The translations under genes and the position numbers were made by a program. The notes under the pieces are model-generated. The model ran no database searches and had not been told where the DNA came from. It saw only the letters and a program-made list of their open reading frames with translations. From IMG/VR virus record IMGVR_UViG_3300029341_000010: a stretch of 41,441 bases of DNA, one strand, 5' to 3'. The stretch comes from a virus. Shown here piece by piece: positions 17,683 to 23,247 of this stretch; position 1 is the first letter of the stretch, and each line of letters starts with the position of its first letter.

Positions 17683-18927
17683 TTGACAGGAATTTTTAAA
17701 GGACGATTTCGGGTGCGGTACAACTACGCCCGATTTGGTTACACGCGGGGTGGCGGTAAGACGTGGCACGGCGGCATTGATTTGGAAGCGCTGGACGATG
17801 ATACCATTTACATGCCAACCTACAAGGGCAAGAGCATTTCCGGCACGGTGACCCGGGCGCGGATTGTGACCGACAAAAACAATGCGACGTGGGAGTGGGG
17901 ATATTACGTCTGTGTCCAGCTGGACGCAAACCAGACGCCGGATGCCGTCAACTACCTGTATTTCTGCCACTGCGCCAAGCTGTTGGTCAAGGCTGGGCAG
18001 AAAGTCAAAAGCGGCGATGCACTGGCCGTTATGGGCAACACCGGCAATGCCGCGTTGGCAGACCCGCCGTACAAACACTGTCACTTCGAGGTGCGTGCCA
18101 CTGCCACCGGCAAGGGGCTTGACCCGACGGCGTATGCGGGCTGCCCGAATGAAGTGGGAACCTACGGCGACCAGCCTGCGCAGACAAGCGGTGAGGAAGT
18201 GCTGATTGATGTATCCCACCACCAGGGCACTATCGATTGGGCGAGTGTTCCCTACCGCGCCATTGTTCGCATCGGGTATCGCGGCTACGGCAGCGGAAAG
18301 CTGATGAAGGACGAGCAGTACGATGCCAACCTTGCAGGGACGAAAGCGAACGCAAAGTTGTTCGGCTTTTACTTCTTCTCACAGGCGGTCACGGTGGATG
18401 AAGCCCGGGAGGAGGCAGACTTTTGTGCAAGCCTTGCACCGGCTGGCTACCCGCTGTTTTTTGATAGCGAATGGGGGCATACGACCGATTCCGGCATACA
18501 TGATGGTCGCGCCGACAACCTGACAACAGACCAGCGCACGGCAATCGCAATGGCATTTTGCGAGAAGGCCAAAGCGCACGGATTTACGGCAGGCATTTAC
18601 ACATTCACATCGTTTGCAAGCGGGAACATCGACTACGCTTACCTGTGTGAAGATTACATCGGTTGGCTGGCCGATACCCGCACAAACTACGACAAAACGC
18701 TGCCGCGCTACATCCACCAATACGGGCAGGGCAGCGTCGCAGGCATCACCGGCACGGTCGACCTCAACCATTTTGTTAAGACCCTGCCTGCAGTGAACAA
18801 GCCTGCAAGCAAGCTACAAGTAATTACCATTGGGCCGGTATCGCAGGGAGATGCGGATGCAATCTACTTGCTGTGTAGGGAACGCGGCCTGGCGGATGCC
18901 GGGCTGTATAAGAGTGAGTGGGCATAA
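17683..18927 (+). CDS. Endolysin: M23 peptidase + GH25 muramidase + short C-terminal domain
   Basis: TTG start after GAGGTGA. M23 motifs WHGGIDLEA and HCHFEV are present, as are GH25 motifs IDVSHHQGTIDWASV and FFDSEW, plus about 45 aa of C-terminal tail. Confidence 0.88.
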   Translation: MTGIFKGRFRVRYNYARFGYTRGGGKTWHGGIDLEALDDDTIYMPTYKGKSISGTVTRARIVTDKNNATWEWGYYVCVQLDANQTPDAVNYLYFCHCAKLLVKAGQKVKSGDALAVMGNTGNAALADPPYKHCHFEVRATATGKGLDPTAYAGCPNEVGTYGDQPAQTSGEEVLIDVSHHQGTIDWASVPYRAIVRIGYRGYGSGKLMKDEQYDANLAGTKANAKLFGFYFFSQAVTVDEAREEADFCASLAPAGYPLFFDSEWGHTTDSGIHDGRADNLTTDQRTAIAMAFCEKAKAHGFTAGIYTFTSFASGNIDYAYLCEDYIGWLADTRTNYDKTLPRYIHQYGQGSVAGITGTVDLNHFVKTLPAVNKPASKLQVITIGPVSQGDADAIYLLCRERGLADAGLYKSEWA

Positions 18928-18946
18928 AGCCTGGAAAGACGTAAAA

Positions 18947-19198
18947 ATGACGGATTGGGATATCGTAAAAGACATCGTTGTCCTTTTGGGGATCATCGTC
19001 ACCGTGACGGGGCCACTGCTTAAGCTTAACACAAGCATTGTGGAGTTAAAAACGCTGTTGGATAACGTCATCAAGCAGGTGGCGGACAACGATAAGGGCA
19101 ACACAGAAAGTCATCGCCGCTTGTGGGCGCACAACACCGAGCAAGACAAAATTTTGACAGACCACGAGCAGCGTTTACACGACCTTGAGGATAAGTGA
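18947..19198 (+). CDS. XhlA-like membrane protein (lysis-associated)
   Basis: An 83-aa product with one N-terminal TM helix (IVVLLGIIVTVTGPLL) and a coiled C-terminus ending HEQRLHDLEDK. It lies between the endolysin and holin genes. Confidence 0.5.
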   Translation: MTDWDIVKDIVVLLGIIVTVTGPLLKLNTSIVELKTLLDNVIKQVADNDKGNTESHRRLWAHNTEQDKILTDHEQRLHDLEDK

Positions 19199-19208
19199 GG
19201 TAAAATCC

Positions 19209-19403
19209 ATGAACGATTTTTTAAAAAATTTTGCGGCGCTGATTAAGGTGAAAACCATTGTGACGCTTGTGGTGGTTGCGGTTTTTGCGGTGCTGGCATT
19301 GCAGAGCAAATTACAGCCTGACACGGTCATGACCATTGTGACAATGGTCGTGGCTTTTTATTTTGGTACACAGACCGAAAGCAAGAACAAGAAGGATGAG
19401 TAA
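19209..19403 (+). CDS. Holin (two TM helices)
   Basis: A 64-aa product with ATG after GAGGT, TM segments IVTLVVVAVFAVLAL and VMTIVTMVVAFYFG, and a charged C-terminus ESKNKKDE. Confidence 0.75.
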   Translation: MNDFLKNFAALIKVKTIVTLVVVAVFAVLALQSKLQPDTVMTIVTMVVAFYFGTQTESKNKKDE

Positions 19404-19405
19404 TC

Positions 19406-19570
19406 ATGCCAAAGTTTGATTTTGTCGGCGGTTTGCTGACCGATGAAGAAACGGACGTTTTGCAGCTTCGGCGGCGCGGCTGGCGCAATGCTGATATTGC
19501 GGCAGAACTGAATTGCAGCGAGCGCACGGTAAAACGGCGCGTACACAGCATCAAAAACAAAATAGGCTGA
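19406..19570 (+). CDS. Small HTH protein (LuxR / sigma-70 region-4 type, 54 aa)
   Basis: Not in the ORF track because it is under 60 aa. The product MPKFDFVGGLLTDEETDVLQLRRRGWRNADIAAELNCSERTVKRRVHSIKNKIG shows the classic region-4 HTH pattern. Confidence 0.6.
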   Translation: MPKFDFVGGLLTDEETDVLQLRRRGWRNADIAAELNCSERTVKRRVHSIKNKIG

Positions 19571-19576
19571 TTTAAA

Positions 19577-19615
19577 GGGCACGGCTGCTTTTGCGGCCGC
19601 GCCCTTTTTTCTTTT
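19577..19615 (+). terminator. Rho-independent terminator
   Basis: GGGCACGGCTGC-TTTT-GCGGCCGCGCCC (one mismatch, one G-U pair) followed by TTTTTTCTTTT. Confidence 0.7.
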
Positions 19616-19625
19616 GTCCCAAAGA

Positions 19626-19673
19626 CGGCACAATGTTGGCACTTTACTGGCCTACGTTGTGCCGTTTTTTTTT
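19626..19673 (+). terminator. Second terminator-like hairpin with a 9-T run
   Basis: CGGCACAA / TTGTGCCG form an 8-bp stem around a long loop, followed by TTTTTTTTT. Confidence 0.5.
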
Positions 19674-19702
19674 GTACAATTAAGGAAAAAGGAGCGGTGC
19701 AG

Positions 19703-20080
19703 ATGGCATATAGGCAAATCAACCTAAACCCAGAGCAAAAGCGCGTTGGCGATTGCACCGTCAGAGCCATTGCGGCCGCCACGCATCAAGAGTGGGCGGC
19801 TGTATATGCGGCGCTTGTGTTGGCAGGATTTGAACTACATGATATGCCGTCTGCAAACTATGTTTGGGGCAGCTATCTGCGCCGATGCGGGTGGAAGCGC
19901 TACACGTTGCCAAACAGCTGCCCGGATTGTTACACAGTGGCGCAGTTTGCAAAAGACCACCCGGACGGAACATACATTTTGGCAATGGCTACGCATGTTG
20001 TGTGCGTGCAGAATGGGGATTGGCTAGATACATGGGACAGCGGAGATGAAGTGCCGCTGTACTACTGGCAGAAAGGATGA
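19703..20080 (+). CDS. Hypothetical protein with possible Cys/His (papain-like) active-site pattern
   Basis: ATG 8 nt after AAAAAGGAG. The product contains VGDCTVRAIA early and ATHVVCV...DTWDSG late. It is the first gene after the late-operon terminators. Confidence 0.6.
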   Translation: MAYRQINLNPEQKRVGDCTVRAIAAATHQEWAAVYAALVLAGFELHDMPSANYVWGSYLRRCGWKRYTLPNSCPDCYTVAQFAKDHPDGTYILAMATHVVCVQNGDWLDTWDSGDEVPLYYWQKG

Positions 20081-20086
20081 TTGACA

Positions 20087-20551
20087 ATGGCGTTTGGCGT
20101 ACCGTATCAGCCCGGATTTGCGCCGGGATATTACCCGATGGGGCAGCCGTCCGCAATGCCAGACCAGCTTGCACAGCTTCGACAAGCGGCATATCCGCAG
20201 CAGCAACAGACTGCACAGCAGACTGCTCCCATTATTTGGGTGCAGGGAGAAGAAGCGGCAAAGTCGTATCTTTGTGCGCCGGGAAACAGCGTGCTTTTGA
20301 TGGACAGCGAGAAAAGCTCGTTCTATATCAAAACAGTGGATGCCAGCGGTATGCCGCAGCCGTTGCGCATCTTCGATTATTCGGAACGCACAGCGGCACA
20401 GAAACAGCCTACACAGGCCGCGCAAGCGCAAGCCGGAGAGTTTGTCACCCGTGCAGAGTTTGACGCGCTGGCAGCCCGTTTTGACGCGCTGACGGCAGAC
20501 AAACCACTGACAAAGAAAAAGGAGAGCGAAAATGCCAAATCCTCTGTTTAA
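20087..20551 (+). CDS. Hypothetical Pro/Gln-rich protein with a compact central domain
   Basis: The N-terminus is PYQPGFAPGYYPMGQP...QQQQTAQQ. The central segment is IIWVQGEEAAKSYLCAPGNSVLLMDSEKSSFYIKTVDASGMPQPLRIFDY, and the C-terminus is a helical tail. Confidence 0.65.
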   Translation: MAFGVPYQPGFAPGYYPMGQPSAMPDQLAQLRQAAYPQQQQTAQQTAPIIWVQGEEAAKSYLCAPGNSVLLMDSEKSSFYIKTVDASGMPQPLRIFDYSERTAAQKQPTQAAQAQAGEFVTRAEFDALAARFDALTADKPLTKKKESENAKSSV

Positions 20552-20750
20552 CGTTTTAGGTGGCGGCAAAATGCCGGGCGCGATGGGACAATTTCAGCAG
20601 ATGATGCAGCAGTTTCAACAGTTCCGACAGAATTTCCAAGGCGACCCGAAGCAAGAAGTTCAAAAGCTGCTGCAATCTGGGAAAATGAGCCAGCAGCAGC
20701 TAAACCAGCTGCAAGCGATGGCGCAGCAATTTCAGAGCTTTTTAAAATAG
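20532..20750 (+). CDS. Hypothetical Gln-rich small protein (72 aa)
   Basis: ATG after AAAAGGAG. The product contains FQQMMQQFQQFRQNFQG...QQQLNQLQAMAQQFQSFLK and overlaps the upstream gene by 20 nt. Confidence 0.6.
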   Translation: MPNPLFNVLGGGKMPGAMGQFQQMMQQFQQFRQNFQGDPKQEVQKLLQSGKMSQQQLNQLQAMAQQFQSFLK

Positions 20751-20804
20751 GTTCAACCCGTGCGCACGGTGAACAATACATTCAACTTTTGAAAGGAGTT
20801 AAAC

Positions 20805-21584
20805 ATGAGTCTTTCTTCGGACGGCACTGTTATGACAATGCCTGTTCAGCCCGCGAATACGGGCAATGGCAACGGCTGGGGCTTTGGCGGCGATGGTTTG
20901 TTGTATATTATTATTCTCTTCCTCTTTGTTTTCTGCGGCTGGGGCGGCAACTGGGGTGGCAATAGTGGCTTTGGTGCTGGCAACGGCGCTGGGGTGGTTG
21001 ACGGTTACGTTCTTACGTCAGATTTTGCCAACATTGAGCGCAAAATTGACAACGTGAACAATGGCTTGTGCGACGGCTTTTATCAGCAGGCGCAGCTTAT
21101 CAACGGCGTACAGCAGGGCATGAGCAACGGCTTTATGTCGGCTGAAATCAGCCGCGCAAACCAGCAGGCCGCATTTATGCAGCAGCTCTTTGCCATGCAG
21201 ATGCAGCAGGCCAACTGCTGCTGCGAGACCCGCGAGGCGATTCAGGGCGTGAATTACAATTCGGCAACGCAGGCTTGTGAGACACGCCAGACGATCAGCA
21301 ACGGCACGCGCGACATCATCGACAACCAGAACGCCAATGCGAGAGCGATTTTGGACGCTATGACCGCCCAGCGCATTGAGGCCAAAGACGCCAAGATTGC
21401 CGAGCAGAACCAGCAGCTTTTCGCCGCTCAGCTTGCCGCAAGTCAGGCTGCGCAGAATGAAACGCTGAAAGCCTATATGAGTGGGCAGCTCGCCTATTAC
21501 AACCCCCGCCCTGTTCCGGCTTTCCAGGTTCCGGCGCCGTATCAGTACGGGAATTGCGGCGGCTGCAACGGCTGCGGCTGCTAA
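20805..21584 (+). CDS. Hypothetical Gly-rich membrane protein with a Gln/Asn-rich coil and a Cys-rich C-terminus
   Basis: GAAAGGAG RBS. Segments are GNGNGWGFGGDG, the TM helix LLYIIILFLFVFCGW and GGNWGGNSGFGAGNGAG, then a Q/N-rich region with NCCCETREAI and ACETRQTI. The protein ends YQYGNCGGCNGCGC. Confidence 0.7.
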   Translation: MSLSSDGTVMTMPVQPANTGNGNGWGFGGDGLLYIIILFLFVFCGWGGNWGGNSGFGAGNGAGVVDGYVLTSDFANIERKIDNVNNGLCDGFYQQAQLINGVQQGMSNGFMSAEISRANQQAAFMQQLFAMQMQQANCCCETREAIQGVNYNSATQACETRQTISNGTRDIIDNQNANARAILDAMTAQRIEAKDAKIAEQNQQLFAAQLAASQAAQNETLKAYMSGQLAYYNPRPVPAFQVPAPYQYGNCGGCNGCGC

Positions 21585-21647
21585 AACCGAATACGGCAAC
21601 TTGTCGGGACATCCGACATGTTCGGCCCCGTGCCGATGATGCAAAAT

Positions 21648-21680
21648 GTGGCGGGGCAATCGTCCCGCCACTATTTTTTT
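21648..21680 (+). terminator. Rho-independent terminator inside the accessory block
   Basis: A perfect 8-bp stem GTGGCGGG / CCCGCCAC with an 8-nt loop, followed by TATTTTTTT. It abuts the RBS of the next gene. Confidence 0.8.
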
Positions 21681-21695
21681 GAAAGGAATGATTTT

Positions 21696-22118
21696 ATGGC
21701 TGAATTTACAAACGCCAATACCGTGAGCGTGGCAGCAGGCCAGAATGTGCCACTGACGGAAACGGCAGTAGCGGGTAAGGGCTGTGTCGTACACAGAGAG
21801 GGCGCCGGTATTGTTACGCTGCGCGGCATTACAAACCAGTGCAAAGCCCGTTTCAAAGTAGGATTTGGTGCAAACATTGCTATCCCTACCGGCGGCACAG
21901 TTGGAGCTATTACTGCGGCGCTTGCCATCAACGGTGAACCGCTGAGCAGTGCGAGTGCAACCGTGACACCGGCAGCAGTAGAAAACTATTTTAATATTTA
22001 CGTCACGGCTTTTGTTGAAGTTCCGCGCGGTTGCTGCCTTACAGTTGCCGCCGAAAACACAAGCACACAAACCGTTTTGTTTGCGAACGCAAACTTTATG
22101 GTTGAGAGAGTGAGCTGA
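21696..22118 (+). CDS. Hypothetical all-beta protein, possibly TNF/C1q-like (BclA C-terminal-domain-like)
   Basis: A 140-aa product with ATG after GAAAGGA. The alternating beta-strand pattern (GIVTLRG...ARFKVGFGANIAI...ALAINGEPL...NIYVTAFVEV...LTVAAEN...ANANFMVERV) resembles that fold. The fold assignment is by eye only. Confidence 0.55.
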   Translation: MAEFTNANTVSVAAGQNVPLTETAVAGKGCVVHREGAGIVTLRGITNQCKARFKVGFGANIAIPTGGTVGAITAALAINGEPLSSASATVTPAAVENYFNIYVTAFVEVPRGCCLTVAAENTSTQTVLFANANFMVERVS

Positions 22119-22131
22119 AAGGAGCGCTATT

Positions 22132-22527
22132 ATGAGTATGAAAGTTATGTACGATTTAAAGGACATGCTGTGCGCAGAGCTTGACGAAATCGGCAAAAAA
22201 GGCGAAATGTCTGCTGGCGACTTGGAAACTGTTCACAAGCTGACTGACACCATCAAAAACATCGACAAAATTGTCATGCTGGAAGATGACGGCTACAGCC
22301 GAGATGAAGATTACAGCCGGGATGGTGATTGGGGCACCAATATGCGCGGCAATTATGGACGCGGAAGCAGCTATGCGCGGCGCGGTTCGCATTATGTGCG
22401 CGGCCATTACAGCCGAGACGATGCGCGAGACAGCATGATGCGAAAGCTGGAAGACATGTTACGAAACGTTGATGGATACGACCGCGAGACTATCCAGCAT
22501 TGCATCGACGAGCTTAAAAACACTTGA
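22132..22527 (+). CDS. Hypothetical protein with a helical N-terminus and an Arg/Tyr/Asp/Gly-rich middle
   Basis: AAAGGAG RBS. The product contains MSAGDLETVHKLTDTIKNIDKIVMLEDDGYSRDEDYSRDGDW...RRGSHYVRGHYSRDD...MMRKLEDMLRNV. Confidence 0.65.
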   Translation: MSMKVMYDLKDMLCAELDEIGKKGEMSAGDLETVHKLTDTIKNIDKIVMLEDDGYSRDEDYSRDGDWGTNMRGNYGRGSSYARRGSHYVRGHYSRDDARDSMMRKLEDMLRNVDGYDRETIQHCIDELKNT

Positions 22528-22541
22528 CGGAGGTGGCGGCT

Positions 22542-22895
22542 ATGGTGGACGTGCGAGAGATTGACGGCGCTATAGCCGAAATCGAAAACAGCGAACTTAC
22601 CATGACCAGAGTTAAAAATTTGGCGGCGCTGTATGTTGTGAAAAATCAGCAACTTGCAGATGTATCCCCTGCCCCACAAAAAGCAGAATGGCAAGAGCCT
22701 GCGCGTTACTACGAAGCAGCAGATCCGCCTACAAGGGCTGCTGTTGGCGGCAGTGACTTTTTGCAGGCTGTGTCAAACGTAGACACCACAGCAGCGCTGA
22801 AAGTGCTGGATGAGCTTATGTCGGCCTTGTACGTAACAAACCCTAAAGTTTATAATAACGTAATGCGGAAATTGGAGCGTTTACAGGATGAGTGA
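22542..22895 (+). CDS. Hypothetical protein (C-terminal motif shared with the next small ORF)
   Basis: ATG 8 nt after GGAGG; the track start TTG 22524 is less likely. The C-terminus is ALKVLDELMSALYVTNPKVYNNVMRKLERLQ. Confidence 0.6.
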   Translation: MVDVREIDGAIAEIENSELTMTRVKNLAALYVVKNQQLADVSPAPQKAEWQEPARYYEAADPPTRAAVGGSDFLQAVSNVDTTAALKVLDELMSALYVTNPKVYNNVMRKLERLQDE

Positions 22896-23025
22896 ATTTT
22901 TGGAGATTGTAAGCAAGGCTGATGACGGGCGAGTGTGGCGTGTGCTGGATGAGTTTATGGATGCGCTGAAAGAAGCACGGCCGGAAGTGTATAACGATTT
23001 GGTACACAGCTTGCAGAGAAAATAG
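22888..23025 (+). CDS. Small protein (45 aa) paralogous to the C-terminus of 22542-22895
   Basis: Not in the track. The product MSEFLEIVSKADDGRVWRVLDEFMDALKEARPEVYNDLVHSLQRK aligns with VLDELMSALYVTNPKVYNNVMRKL in the upstream gene. Confidence 0.5.
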   Translation: MSEFLEIVSKADDGRVWRVLDEFMDALKEARPEVYNDLVHSLQRK

Positions 23026-23028
23026 GCG

Positions 23029-23050
23029 AGTGTGTACTAAAGTGTGTACT
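23029..23050 (+). repeat. Two direct copies of AGTGTGTACT (candidate integrase arm-type sites, left of core)
   Basis: Copies lie at 23029-23038 and 23041-23050. The same 10-mer recurs twice at 23225-23247. Confidence 0.6.
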
Positions 23051-23060
23051 TGAAAAAGTA

Positions 23061-23096
23061 AACACCGTAGATTTCGACGAATCTACGGTGTTTTTT
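23061..23096 (+). terminator. Rho-independent terminator closing the + strand late/accessory transcription
   Basis: A 13-bp perfect stem AACACCGTAGATT / AATCTACGGTGTT with a 6-nt loop, followed by a T-run. Confidence 0.85.
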
Positions 23097-23100
23097 AAAA

Positions 23101-23125
23101 AGCGGCTGATGGGAGTCGAACCCAC
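23101..23125 (-). other. 3' fragment of a tRNA gene (T-arm + 3' acceptor strand); candidate attP core
   Basis: The minus strand reads GTGGG-TTCGACT-CCCAT-CAGCCGC-T, which is a T-stem/T-loop with canonical TTCGA plus a 7-nt acceptor strand. No matching 5' half of a tRNA is nearby. It lies next to int. Confidence 0.65.
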
Positions 23126-23224
23126 GGAGATACAGAATCATATCGATTCAACAAGCAAAAAATGGCGATGATACGGAACGCTATTGTTCTGCATTTTTGC
23201 GGCAAACCATATATTTTCCAAAAA

Positions 23225-23247
23225 AGTGTGTACTTTTAGTGTGTACT
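23225..23247 (+). repeat. Two direct copies of AGTGTGTACT (candidate arm-type sites, right of core; overlap the int stop)
   Basis: Copies lie at 23225-23234 and 23238-23247, in the same orientation as the left pair. Confidence 0.6.

Noticed and set aside
17323-18222. A 299-aa minus-strand ORF
   Set aside because: It is antisense to the endolysin, whose M23 and GH25 motifs are unambiguous on the + strand.
21018-22196. A 392-aa minus-strand ORF
   Set aside because: It spans three separately supported + strand genes and a terminator. Its composition is implausible and it has no RBS.
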